Assembly (NCBI GenBank): GCA_964199315.1
Contig: OZ116701.1
Location: forward strand, 15,996,001 to 16,060,000
DNA: 64,000 nucleotides
Reading direction: 5' to 3'
DNA from: Orbicella franksi
Lineage: Eukaryota
Shown: positions 34,033-46,609 of the stretch, piece after piece
Layout of the letters: each line of letters opens with the position of its first letter
Numbering within the stretch: the stretch's first letter is position 1
Program-made: the position numbers and the translations under genes
Notes under the pieces: generated by a model
The model's database searches: none
Seen by the model: only the letters and a program-made list of their open reading frames with translations
What the model was told of the DNA's origin: nothing

Positions 34033-34393
34033 CATATATAGCTCCACAACCCTTCTGATCGGCTTTTGAACCCGTATTGTCGTTTCGAGACATCATTAAA
34101 GACAAAGCTAAAATCAAAGTGGCGGCGGCAGTTAGAAAAGCAACAGCAACAACTGCGGTTGAAATAAACACCAGTCGCCGAATCAAAACTGTGTCCGATT
34201 GAGAGGCGTTCCGTGTTGACCGCTTGTTTTTCTCCTTAGCTCTTCTCGTATCCTCCTCATAGCTTATCGGTTTTGTTCCATGGGTTGGACTTTCGACACC
34301 CTCCACGTCATCATAGATTCCTGCCTGAGATTCTTTTTTTGGGGATTCCAGCTCATAATAAAGGTTATCCTCCCCGGTTGTTGTCTTATCCAT
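34033..34393 (-). CDS. G3 exon 1 (type B): cytoplasmic tail and TM helix
   Basis: MDKTTTGEDNLYYELESPKKESQAGIYDDV...LVFISTAVVAVAFLTAAATLILALSLMMSRND...GAIY-G|GTAAGT; 361 nt; phase 1. The assembled G3 protein is 284 aa. Confidence 0.88.
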
Positions 34394-34912
34394 CTTTGAA
34401 TGATGCTCACAATGCGAGGAGTGATATTCGTCTTCCGCTATGTCCCTGTTCTTCTACTCAAACACCAAGGAAAGTGATAGTCCTTCAGTCACGCACGTTC
34501 CGTCATTTGATATTACGTGTCAACCTCAGTTTCTATTGTTAATGAATATTCCATTGGAACAGGCAGAGGCGGGTTAACTTTCAGTGTTGATTTATTTTTT
34601 AATTACCTCTAAGTTATCGTTTGGAGATAAAGGTATTTGAACTCTTCCCGACTTTAATATACACATTCTGACTAATGAAAACTTATTTAATCTTTAGAAA
34701 ACTTTTTTTACGGCCAGTATACCGTTGCTTAAAGTGTCTGAAAGAAAGTTTGACTTATTCGAATAGGCAATAGCGAATAGTACGAATAGTAACGAATAGT
34801 CGCCAATATTAATAGTCACCGCTTTAGTTCAGCACTAATCTGGATTCGTTGAAATTACCCCGTGGAGCAATAGCGTTTATCCGCGGACGCTGATAGATTC
34901 GACCACTGGCTG

Positions 34913-35116
34913 TAGATTGCAAGTAGTCTCTCTTTCGCTTAGACCTTCGTGCGTGACGCGAAAGAAAACCGCCAAAGAAAATGGCCGCGCGAACTCCTGG
35001 GGACGAAAAGCACGCGCGCGTCTCGCCCTCTGGATTTCACGCGACCATCTTTTTCCTCGCTGTTTATTTACGGTCTCGCTCGACGGACTAAGCGAAAGAG
35101 GGACTACTCGTAGTCC
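34913..35116. mobile_element. Short TIR MITE (TAGA(C/T)T(A/G)C..AGTAGTC..CTCTTTCGCTTAG termini); paralog at ~48895-49092
   Basis: Inverted termini GTAGTCTCTCTTTCGCTTAG / CTAAGCGAAAGAGGGACTAC. Confidence 0.6.
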
Positions 35117-35257
35117 AACCAAGCTGAAGAAATTGTATTTCATAGATATATTGTTCCCAAGGCAAGTAGTCGTTTGAATTTTATCATCTGTGCAGTTGTC
35201 GCAGTATAGTTTGTAGCTGTTATTATAATTTAGGGCGAAAAAAGTATTTCATATTAA

Positions 35258-35795
35258 GGTGGCTGAACACAGTTTTTGATACCTGTGTTTCATTCACCTT
35301 TTTCTCTAAAACCCTTGATCCCTCGGTCGCCAGAAATGGCAGCAAGCAAGTTAGCAACACAAACTTTGACTTTTTGATGGTTAAGCTGACGTATGTGCCG
35401 TTGCTATGGCAACATGAATAAATATAAACAGGCCTTTAAAATCGGTTTTGTTTATTTTAGAAAATCTAGTCATTAGATGTTCTTAATAATGTACATGCAA
35501 CAAGCTTGTAACGATTCTCACAAGTTAACACCATTTTGCTAATAATTTAACAGAGGGATCTTCAATTATCCCTTTTTGAAGGTTCACTGGAATATTTAGA
35601 ATTTCCTTTGTTAAAGTTTAATTATTTTCCATACTCCAGTTACTTATTTCCTAAAGTGTTTTCGTGCCAAATTTCGTGAAATTCTAATGGGTGGTTCTCG
35701 AAAAATAGGCGTATTTCCGAGAGTGAAATTTTTCATTCAATCGCAATTTTTTTGACTTACTACGCATGCGCTGCATTTGCAATCCTTGTGCGCGA
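35258..35795. mobile_element. TTAA-flanked insertion with only one recognisable TIR (GGTGGCT...)
   Basis: TTAA at 35254-35257 and 35796-35799. A single TTAA empty site (CATATTAAGCTATC) is present in the paralog at ~49228-49241. Confidence 0.75.
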
Positions 35796-36616
35796 TTAAG
35801 CAATCTTGGACTCATTTTTTAGTTAGGGTTCGACGTTAAGTACAGTATTTTTATAGTTTGATTTCTCAGTTTTTTTTCTTGGTTGGTTTTTCCTATTCCG
35901 TAAAGATTTTAGGCCAGCAGGCTGGTTTTCCACCGACTAGACTCGTAACTCCTCTTAATATCAGCCAGACAATTACTATTCGCTCAGATTGCAGAGGATT
36001 TCAAAGGAGATTTACGTGAACGTCATTGTTTACATTTTGTTTAATTAGCGACTTTGCTTAGAAAAGGAATCATACTATACACAGATTGACTTCAGATCGG
36101 TTGTTTAAAGAGCCTGGGAAAATTCTCAGCGAAAATTTTAGAATTTCCTGTGTAATATTGAAGGGAATATTAGGTTTAAACCCTGCACAATTCGTGTGGC
36201 AAAAAGCGCTAATTAGCTTACACAGTCGCTAGAAAATTTTGATTTTTTTAAACCCAGATCACACAAAAAGTATTAAACACATAGGGCTCAAATTTCTAGC
36301 GAAAGTTATTCTTGTCGTGTTCTTCAGTATTCAAAACTGATATGTAGCTTGAGTAGAGACTGAAACGCTTATGTCAATGAATCAAAGTTAAACACGACTT
36401 CTTACTCCACCTTAGAGAAATCAAATAAAGGCCGTGTTTTGTCCGCTGTGCTGTGCATGTTATTAACAAATTTTTCGGCCGAGGACATTTAAAACAGTAA
36501 TAGATAGCATTCATCTGCTATTATTCGCCACTCTTAGCGACTATTAGCGACTGTTGACTATTATTCGCACTATGCGAGACTATTCGCACTATTCGCACTA
36601 TTCGCTATTCTCTTTT

Positions 36617-36674
36617 CGCGATTAGTATATACCGCGATTAGTATATACCGCGATTAGTATATACCGCGATTAGT
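36617..36674. repeat. 16-bp tandem repeat CGCGATTAGTATATAC x3.5
   Basis: Read directly; single-copy in the paralog near 50085. Confidence 0.8.
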
Positions 36675-37465
36675 GCTTTTCGCGAATTCTGATTGGTTAC
36701 TCAAAGCTGGCACGGTGAAGGTCGTATGCAAAATGGCTTCCCGGTTTGCTACCGTGGCAGAAGAACAAATTTTAGCGGTAAACGAGCCGGCTGCCAGCCG
36801 TCCCTGAGAACACTTAGGGGGCTACAAAATTCGGCTTGAGAGGTTTTTACAGGTACGGTTTTATTATTCTTAGCCATGAAGTTATCCGGCCCTAAACCGA
36901 CACAAAACGATTTGTTTACAATTGCTAAGTTACGTGAAAGTTATCGTTTTGAGGTAGCGAAATTAAAGCAATGTCAACAGTGAAATTTTATAAAATATCT
37001 TACGGAATGGTTTCAAATGCAGGAAGAATTCACAACTCGCTTAGAAGAAATGTCGGCAGAGCAACTCAACAAGTGCCTTCAAAAGTTTTACCTGTCCGCA
37101 TGAAAACCGAGACGGCAGTCTTTATAAGAAGAAGTCCCTTACTGCAATTCGGACCGCTTTGGACCACCACTTGAGAAGTCCTCAGTTGTACAAACCGTTT
37201 TCTATTGTTGAAGGCAGCCAGTTTACCGTGTTTACTGTGCTGTCGTTTCACTAAACACACGAGACACGTTATGATTTCTATTTTTGATCACTGGATGTAT
37301 TATGTGACTCTTCTGACATTTTGCGCGCGAACTTACGAAAAAAAAAAGATTTTTTGCAGTCTTCTGAGTCAATTTTTGCGGATGTTTTATCCTACTGCTT
37401 TGGTATATACTTAAACAATTATTCCCCTCAGTGTCGGTGGCTAGTAGTGGATATTTACCGAGTCG
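36670..37465 (+). mobile_element. Degraded Crypton-related (DUF3504/tyrosine recombinase family) relic
   Basis: Broken frames give MASRFATVAEEQILAVNE.. and ..LEEMSAEQLNKCL.KFY... that match the paralog at 50103-50870. Confidence 0.6.
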
Positions 37466-37879
37466 GGCTTTTGCCGTCCCCCTCCCCGACCCGACAAGGT
37501 GTTACAAGGAAAATATGCCACGCCTAGTTATTGTTGCAATTGTTTAATTGTATTTTCAAATACATCATTGTAATCATGGTAGCTTGTTACATGCATGTCT
37601 TTATATATGTGTTTTATTACGCAATGATCATTATACAACTGTCTTAATCAGAGTCAATGGCCTTCCCTGTTGTTCTTTCAGCGAACGAGAAAGCGAAAAA
37701 TATGTATCTGTAGTCGACCATTTTATGTCTACAAAGCGCCAAACTTAATAACATTATTCTATCTGCACTGCCTTAAAATGTTTTTTCAGAACGTTAAAAG
37801 TAATAACGTTGTAATGCGTCATAGTTAGGCATTAACCATACGCAGTCATCAATGATTCGTATGCACTATATTCATATCT

Positions 37880-38282
37880 CGGGAAGGGGGCACTCCCTTA
37901 TATGGCCTATGCAGGGAGGCTCCGGCCGTAAGGGCTACCTTTTTCAGGCTTCAGGTATATAAAAGCGTAGAGATTTCACTAGGTGAGGCATATGAAAAGG
38001 TAGAGAAATCTGTCATTTAGTTATTTTAAAAGGCCTTTAATTAAAATTTTTTGAAAAAATGCACCTTATTGCTGTATCATTTCATTTATCAGGCACTACA
38101 TGAAAATGACAAGAAGACTTTGTTTTTGGCGATTTATTCTTAATACAGGCCAGTCTTGAAAGTATGTCCAAGGTATACGAAAGGTTCATCTTTTCTGTCA
38201 AGATGGTTTACAGAAGGGCAAGGGGCTGGACCTTGGGAGGAAGCATCCCCGTATTGAACTTTGTAGAGTAGCATCCCCTCCG
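37880..38282. mobile_element. Non-autonomous element with G-rich/C-rich termini; paralog at ~51340-51742
   Basis: GGGGGCACTCCC...GAGTA..CCCCTCCGG ends and internal inverted GGGAGGCTCC/GGAAGCATCCCC; resembles a common anthozoan MITE. Confidence 0.5.
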
Positions 38283-38662
38283 GAACTAACCGACGCATGC
38301 CACCGACCAACTTGGATTCCCTGTCCGGGCTTGAATTGCCTGTCTAATTTTCCGTAATATATTGTACGATTTCCTCCTTACAATGATTTTGGATTAACTG
38401 AATCAGATTGCTGACAGGGTAGTGCTAGCTGCAGCAGCAGAATTTATTTACATTGCCTTTACATCGCACGATGACTGACCTCTTCTCGAGATAAACTGAA
38501 TACAAATGATAGACTGTTCCAGTATTGATGACCAATTTAAAGTCCATTACGAGCTTATAAACTTATATAGACGGCACTTTAGAGGCCCTGTTTTTAATTT
38601 AAGAGGGTCTATTTTCTAGCTCAAATGAAATGATGCTCTTTTTAACAGCATTTCTGTGCCTC

Positions 38663-39030
38663 AGGCCCAGTCCACACTACGCTGGAGAAATTCGAAAACG
38701 GCGGTTTTACTTTGAAGACGCAGAAAATGTTTTCCGTCCACACTAGGAGAAATTTGAAAATGCAACAATCACCGGCGGAAGAAATGCTTGGCAGCAACCT
38801 TGAGGTTATGGGTTAATCACACGATTATCGTGACGATATCGTTTTCGAAAAGCTTTGTTTTCAAGATGCTCGCCGTTCAAACTTAAACTTCAAATTCCTG
38901 TGAATGGCAGAGAAGTTTCGAAAGCTCTGTTTTCCGTGGTCAGTTTCTCGGAGTTAGTGTTGACGGTGGGCCTAGTCGTAGAAATAAAGCTTCCTTCTCA
39001 AATTTCTCCAGCGTAGTGTGGACAAGGCGT
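38663..39030. mobile_element. PIF/Harbinger-like MITE; paralog at 52123-52491
   Basis: AGGCCCAGTCCACACTACGCTGGAGAAATT / AATTTCTCCAGCGTAGTGTGGACAAGGCGT TIRs. Confidence 0.7.
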
Positions 39031-39301
39031 TAGTTTCCACTGAAGGATATTTCGATCCATTCCTTGCGAACAACAAAATGGCCTATTGTGCGTATCTTGA
39101 TTAACTTTAAGTTTGTTTTAGTAAATACGTAATACGTTAAGATTGTGGGGGTATATCTAAAAACAAAGACATTTTAACTAAAGAGATACGCCCACTATGG
39201 TGGTGTGGGCTAATGCGCCCCTGGTGCGTTGTTCCTCTGTCCCATGTAGGGTTACAACAGTGATTTTTTGATGCTGAGGTTAAAACATGATTTCTCTCGT
39301 T

Positions 39302-39472
39302 TTAGGCTGGACACTCCCAGTAGTGAATGTAACAATACATACTATGGTCTCCACTGGCGATACCACCCTTGCAGGTACAAGTGTAAGTTCTCTTGCCACC
39401 AGAGATGGTGCTTGAGAGCAGCACTGTTTTAGCGTCATTCGAGTCACAGCTGACACCAAGAAACTTCTTTCC
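39302..39472 (-). CDS. G4 last exon (Cys-rich domain)
   Basis: CAG|GKKFLGVSCDSNDAKTVLLSSTISGGKRTYTCTCKGGIASGDHSMYCYIHYWECPA*; 171 nt. Confidence 0.9.
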   Translation of the reverse strand, partial: GKKFLGVSCDSNDAKTVLLSSTISGGKRTYTCTCKGGIASGDHSMYCYIHYWECPA

Positions 39473-40593
39473 CTGCAAAAAATAAATAAGTTTATGCAAT
39501 TACCTTTGCGAGTTGATCAAAATAATAGTATTGCATTGGTTAGTCAACAAACATGCCTCTTTCTCCGCAGTTCTAATATATGATCTACCAGATATTCACT
39601 TGTACTCTTTTCTACAGGTATACACATTAGGAAGAAATTACGTAACCAGCTCCTAGTTGGTTTGGTCCTGAGGTGGTGACTTTCCCTTTTCTTATCTTAC
39701 TATGTCAGGAGCACTACCTATGTATAGTTTTTATCTGTACAATTTATATACATTTTTTTGACACTCTTATACATTCCTAGATAGTTTAGTTTAATATTTA
39801 TAACCAATTGTACATAAATTTTTACTTTGTTACTTTGTTTCCTTGGCGCACCTGTAAACTAGCTGGTGCGTCCTGTAGACTCTGCTTATCATATCTATGG
39901 GAAGCACCGTTACCATAGCTAAGAGTGTGGTCCAAGTAAAATAAACTGTCTGTGTCTATGTCTATGTCTATACACAAGAGCGAAACCATATTCTACCGCG
40001 CGTGCACTAGACCTTTCCTATCAATAAAAATATTTTTCAAAATGCTGATCAACTGAGCCTGACAATACTAATTGTTAGTATAGAATTATTGTATTATTGA
40101 ATAGTGTTGTAAATAATGTGCATTCCAATGATAAAAAGAAAAGTTTGCATTTGCCATTTCCTCGGCTCTTGGCACGGGCTGCACGTGCCATGCAACAACT
40201 TATCATAACTGAAATTAGCATAATTTGGTAAGGAGTAATGAAGATTGATTTTCCTCTGTTTGTAATTAATTAGTAATCTAGTTTCCATTGGCCTCACTAG
40301 TAAGATTTTCGGTTAATTTAGTTCCAGGAAACGCGATACTCATCTACCCTAAACTCCATTGTGCCACTAGAACTATAAAAATGAAAAAAAAAAAAACTAC
40401 TACGCCCATACGAAGATAAACCAGCACATCGTATTCTCGGTAATGGACTGGAACTAACTTGCAATAGAGGCTCCTGCGGGGGAATATTATTAAAAAGAGA
40501 TGAACGTCATTTGCATTAGAAAAGATTCCTCGCATTAGCTTCAGTTGTAAGCTAGTGAAGAATTTGAATATGGCCTATTACTTTGTGACGTAC

Positions 40594-40875
40594 ATTTGAT
40601 TCAGTTTTAGAGATCGATTGACGCGCATAAGCCGGATCCGCAACAACGCCAGAGCTGGCTCCTGTATTGTAAGAACAAAGACCCAGATTGGCAGAGCCAG
40701 GTGTCCCGGGGGATCCAGAGAAGCCCTGAGAGCCATTGTATCCTGGTAGGCCGGGAGGACCAGTGAGGCCTTGGGTACCATTGTATCCTGACGGTCCGGG
40801 AGGTCCAATGGGGCCCTGGGTACCATTATATCCTGGCGATCCCTTGGGACCTGAAATGTTACTTATGTTCATTAA
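40594..40875 (-). CDS. G4 collagen exon (18 triplets)
   Basis: TTTCAG|[20 protein letters not shown]...[38 protein letters not shown]|GTACGT; 282 nt; phase 0-0. Confidence 0.9.
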
Positions 40876-43672
40876 CTGAAATGAGAAAAAAAAAAAAAAA
40901 AAAAAAAAACCATGTCAGCTGCGAAGTGAGCCCCCTTTCAGCTGCATAATAGTCTGAAATTGAATCTAGTTGAGAATGTGGTTGACCAGAAAACCTGCAC
41001 TGTCAATGGGCCCTTTGCACGATCCAATGACATACTACGGAATTGATTATGCTGGGACGCAAGTTACACAGTGGGACTCTAAAAAAAAAGGAAAGTTGGG
41101 CTGGGCTGGTACGAGTTCCTTTGTTTTGGAAGTCCTACTCACGGTGTAAGTTGTGTCCCAGCATAGCTAATTTCGTATCATGGGACCGGATCGTGCAAAG
41201 AGCCTACTATTTTAAGGTGTCTAGTAACGGTTTTAAGCACTAGCAGCACCTATACTTTGATGGATCACATAGCTACTCTTTCTCAGTATGTGCCAGAATA
41301 ATGGGATCCAGCAAATCCCCATGCATTTATTGGCAAGCAAGTTCCGGTCATTTTCTGGCATAATAGGTTACTATAGCAACCGGGGTACAATTTCAATCAT
41401 CTGCAGTTTTAACTTTACTAGCTTTTCACCCAAATCAAGCCCGTATAAAGATTTTTGAACTATTATTTTCCGCCTACTTCTGATGTTTTTAACAGTCTTC
41501 TCCCTCTACCTTCTCTTCCAGCTGTAAATTTTTTTATCGAAGAGCCTGTATTGCGAGCCAGAGGTCTCGTGTATTTTGTTCCTAACAGTAGAGAACGAAC
41601 AATCTATATCGAGATATTCAGATGTTCAGTGAGGGGCAGCATAAATATGAATTTATTTTTACAAATCATATTTGGACCGTTCGAGGGCTTTCTTTTAATC
41701 TCCTGTATTTCTCTTGTTGATGAGGCAATTTAGGTCTACTGCTTTACCAAGTGGACAAATTGAGGTTACTCAAATTAAGTTTTGAGATGTCCAATTCTCA
41801 CCAGCGAACCAAAATTTCTTATCCCTTATTACCCTGTTAAAGCACGGTTGCCTCCATTAACGAAGAATTTTAACTATTTTAGCGATTAGATCGATAAGTA
41901 AACTAAAAGAAGTGTGACAGGGGAATGGTCACAGTAAATGTGTTACGAAGCTCCATAATTTTATAGAATTCAGTATGTTTGCATGTTGGTTCGTGACCAC
42001 CAACTCTTTATTTTTCGGCCGACACACTCATCGTCTAATCCAGTAGGTAATGAACACATTCTAAAATATCCTATATGGTAGGCATGTGTGGGCACACCCT
42101 GGACGATTAAACACTGATCCTTTAGGAATACTTACCCAAACACGTCTATGCGACCTTCAGAAGCGATCCTTATGAAATTTCCAGATTGAATCCATCGATT
42201 TATTCGGGGTCTATTTTCTGAGTTTGATCGGTTCTTGATTTGGGAAATCGACAATAGCGTAGAACTGATTCATTCAGATTTGTGATTATTTTATAGCGAA
42301 CGAAGATTTTCTCATTGGTCATTTCCGAGCAAAACTTCCTCCAAATTATTGGCACTCTTTCAGAGAAAACCAAATTCGCAAAGGACTGTTTGCTTTGAAA
42401 GTGTAAGGATATCTTAGCTCTTAGCCTTTGTCCTTTTATCCTTTGCCTCCAATGTGACAGACGAAGAAATTATTTTATAAGTTAATGACTGAAAGGTAAG
42501 CTTTTGACTTCTGACTTGATTGGACGTTGCCTTTATCAGCTGCAAGAAAACTGATCATTCATTCATTTATTTTATTTTAATTACTGACAGGAAATATGGA
42601 TTTAACAGCCAAGTGGACCTGCATTTTTTTTTGCTCCACGTTGAAGGCTTCTGTCAATTACAAACTAGATTGGCTGTGTCTGCCTTGTGGCTGCTCGTTG
42701 TTTTTGTAATGTTGCTGTTCTTGCAACTCGTTTCGAAACGACTGAGTACTCTAAGTGCCCTATCGAGCCATAATTGCGGCCGAGACACGCCGCATCATTG
42801 TATAGCACAGGCTATATTTTGGTAACAACAACCAACCAGGTCGCTCACGATGAAGAAAACAAAGACCCCGTCATGATTGTTGAACTGTTTCCCTTTTTCT
42901 ACGTTTCATTACCTAGCTTACTACCTAGCAGTAACAGTATACTTTTGTTAATTGTGGCATGGTTTGGAATTAATTCATTTTGTTTCTTTGATTGCCTTGT
43001 AGTATTCTCATATTTTCCTATTGTTTGGCATGGACAATTTACTTTGTTTTGTCAGATGTCTATATTTTTGTCCTTCTAATTCACTCGGTGCCTACGTAAT
43101 TTTGTCTGTCAAGTTTGTTACGTTTGAAATCTCGGCAAATATACATTATGAGTAACCCTCATTTTGTTTCTTAAGCATCGCTACGATGCTTAATCTAAGA
43201 AGAGGGACATGTCATGAATCCATTAATCTTCGTAGAATTAAGTATTTTTGGTTTGTGATTATCAGTTGTTAACCATTTTGTAGCTACCGCCTTAGTCTGC
43301 CCGCACAGAAAACTTTAGATTGTTTGTCTTAGTTCATTAAGAGCGCTCCGCTCCGCTCCGAACAAAGACCTCCACTGAATGGTTATGTTCGGGTTCGTCT
43401 ACTGGCCTTGGTCTGGATCTCGAAAGGAAGATCGTCAACCTGTTCAGGTTTCTCGTTCTGTAAACTTAAGCGATTATTGGTTGTTTCAAGAATTTCAGCT
43501 GCAGTTCGCTTCTGAAGATCTCGTGAAAGTGTTTGTGGTCACTGGCTAGGTAGATTAGATGATGATTGTGTCAGCCAGAAGCCTGTTAAAATAGAAAAGA
43601 CTGAAGTCTACTTTCCCGGTCTCTCTTCGTTCGACAGCAGTAAACCAACACATGTTCTAAATCATAACCTAC

Positions 43673-43734
43673 CATTTTGTCACTTGCCAAGGACTGGACA
43701 TGAGAAATGTTGTCCTTCATTTGCTTCAGCTCAA
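43673..43734 (-). CDS. G4 exon 2
   Basis: GGCAG|(V)ELKQMKDNISHVQSLASDKM|GTAGGT; 62 nt; phase 1-0. Confidence 0.8.
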
Positions 43735-44722
43735 CTGCCAAATCCGTTAATGAAGACAGAAAAGAAAACAGAAAGCAAAACGTCTTTAATGAATGAATGA
43801 CTGAATGTTAGGCTGTTATGACCCTGTCAACATCAAAGGAGGTTCGTATACTTCTTCAAATGATACGAAAGCCGAATTTGCCACAGGAAACAAAACATCG
43901 AGCCGTGCTTTCTACTATCCAGCTTCTATTTTGGATGTTAAAATAATTCTTGCATAAGCTATTGAGCACCAAAAAACATCATGCGCAACCTAACGGTGAG
44001 AAAAAAATTTCGTGCCCTAAAAAATTGCCCAACCTTGTCAAAAAAATAATGGTCCTTTGCTAACATGCAGCGGCTTTCGCTGCGAGAGTTCGCTGTGAAT
44101 TGTGAAAGTCAATGAATTTAGTATCAAAGCTTCTTCTTTACTTGATATATCAATGATATCAAGGATTTGATTTCGCTTAAGATGCTCTTCTAAAAGCATT
44201 TGAAATCCTTTAATGACTTCTCAGTGGGTATTCTCGATGTCTTTTTCAGCCATTTATTGGGCTATTTCGTCTTCGCTAAACGTTGAAATCTTTCATGCAA
44301 ATTTTCTAGCCTCCTGTTGCGTGATGCCAATCGTGGACTAATTTTTATTTATTATCACGCAATTTGTCAGTCGTTTAGATAATAATGAAAATTGTAATGT
44401 CCCAATGATGTATACATTCCAAATTAGCTCAGCCTTATGTAGCGTAGTCTAAACGAGACCAAACGATGATAACGAAACGGTTTTAATAAAGCTCATAAAA
44501 GCCCGTCATTACTAGCCGTAATACAACAACAACTACATCTGGGATACATCTCACTCTAGCTACTGCGCAAGCCCGAAGGGACTATGACAATATAACATCG
44601 TTACACCTTACTTCTAAAAAACTCATCGGGCGATCTCGACAATCATATACGGGGAATGAATAAATATACCACAAACTGCGACGATCAGGTCACAACATCG
44701 ATTACATCTTGACCATCTTTAA

Positions 44723-45705
44723 GGGGTAGGATACCCTCAAATGGACCAAAAAGTTTGTTTAAATATGGTGAAGAAAGATCAATTGTGTGCTATTGCGCTC
44801 AAGAAGAGAAATTAAATTTCTAGAGTTTTACTCAAAAGGGTTGCTATGGAAACCAGCCACAGCCTTTTGAGGTAGTGTTTTATAGTATTAACGCCAACAC
44901 TCCCTGCTCTTTTACGAAACAAGATTTGACTGTCAAATAAGCATATCGTGTAAGTTTCTGTTTTGTTCTGTGCAATGAACCTAAGTTTTGACAGTTAACT
45001 CTTATCTTCAGTGCTTTTTACAGGCTTTATTTGGAAATAACCTTATTTTTTACCACACCCAGAGGAAAAATCATCTCATGTCACATCACGACACTATTGG
45101 TCTTTGATGAGCCCAAGTTTCGGGAATTCTACTTAAAAACCTTGCAAAGTAGAAATGTTGGCGCGAAGTCAGTCGGTACAAAAGTAAACTTTTGAGAAAA
45201 ATGCACTTTAAGTTTCTTACACGAAGTATTAAGCATTTAATAGCAAATAGCGGGGGGGGGGGTGCAGATTGGCTCTCGGGGGAGGGGATGCAATGGTTGT
45301 TCTATTTTGTAAAAAGTTACCGCAGTTGTGGGAAATATTCCTTTTCATAAGGGAAATGAATGAGCCTGTGATGGCAATTTGAGGCAATGCTTTTCACAAA
45401 TAATTATACCAATCGAGTTGTGCATGTCTTAAAAGTTTTTTCTAAATAGTCTCGTTCATATAAGTTAAAAATAATCTATTTTTTTGGTCACGTTCTTATA
45501 GTAAACAGTCGTTGCTATGGCCGTTGCTACGTGAAAAAACTTATACCACTGTGTACTTTCCTTAAATTTCACACTCATCTGGAAGGAAATTCGGCAAGAT
45601 CGTTTCAGAGTTTTTTTGACAAGTCCTCAAGGGTCTTAAGCCTGGTATTTCCAAGATAATTGAATTTTTCATGAACATCGCCGTATTTTAAGGTATCCTA
45701 CCCCC
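44723..45705. mobile_element. Non-autonomous TTAA-targeting element (Kolobok-like), ~983 bp
   Basis: TTAA-GGGGTAGGATACC...GGTATCCTACCCCC-TTAA. The empty site CATCGTTAATAGAGG is present at ~27955-27968. Confidence 0.85.
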
Positions 45706-46194
45706 TTAATAGAGGCAAATGGTTATGAAACCTGGCAAAGTTCTTTGTTGTATATTTTTGTTGGTTATTTTGGACCCTGCACAAACCTGGCGAAATAGAA
45801 AGGTGGTTATGTGTGCTCATACAACTAACCAATAGAAGCATTGCGATTATGTAATTCATACATAGCGAATGAGAAAAAAGGGAAAAGTTGTGCAGGGTCA
45901 AGGGCATAAATCTTAGCCTCTTTGTTTGTTTCTTTGAGGTTTACGAGGCTTCTTAATTACCATTCCCTCTATTAACTAAACTTCTTTAAATTTGGTACTT
46001 TAGTGCAATTTGTTCGGCGAATATGAAACCTGCCGAGTTGCTTGCGAAAAGCGTTCCCAAGAATTGTCTTAATATTGCCATCAAATTATTTTAATTACAG
46101 CGGTCATGAGTGAGTTGGTCGACCATCAAGTAAAATTTGCATAAAAAAGATATTTTGGTTAATGCTTTTTCTCAGTACTCGTGATTTAACTCAC

Positions 46195-46528
46195 CATGCA
46201 CAATAGTTGAATCTTTTGAAGCAGTTGAGTTGTTTCGAGACAGCATCATTGTTAAAGCTAAAACCAAAGTGGCGACAGTTGTCAGGAAAGCAACAGCAAC
46301 GATAGCAGCTGCAATTAACAGCATTGGACGGAATGCCATTGTTTCCGGTTCTTTGACTGGTTGTCCTTTCTTCTTTGCCTCCTGCGCAGACGTCTCAATG
46401 CTCGCTCGTTTTGTTGCCGGGATTTTGCTGTTGACATTTACTTCACCGTAGGCTCTGGCTTCAGTTCCCATTTTGGATTCCATCTCGAAATAAACGTTGT
46501 CTGTTCCGACTTCTGCCTTATTCATCAT
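46195..46528 (-). CDS. G4 exon 1 (type A): cytoplasmic tail and TM helix
   Basis: MMNKAEVGTDNVYFEMESKMGTEARAYGEV...LIAAAIVAVAFLTTVATLVLALTMMLSRNNST...IVH-G|GTGAGT; 334 nt; phase 1. The assembled G4 protein is 282 aa. Confidence 0.85.
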
Positions 46529-46609
46529 TTAATGGTAAGGGATGTTCCTCCGCTTCCACAGTAATGTTGTGACTAAATCTCCAAACCTACGTCAAGTCAA
46601 AAACAAAGT

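Larger units (their letters stand above)
34770..44705. repeat. Segmental duplication beta, copy 1
   Basis: Colinear with ~48740-59201 including exons 2, 4 and 5 and shared TE relics; left boundary approximate. Confidence 0.9.
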
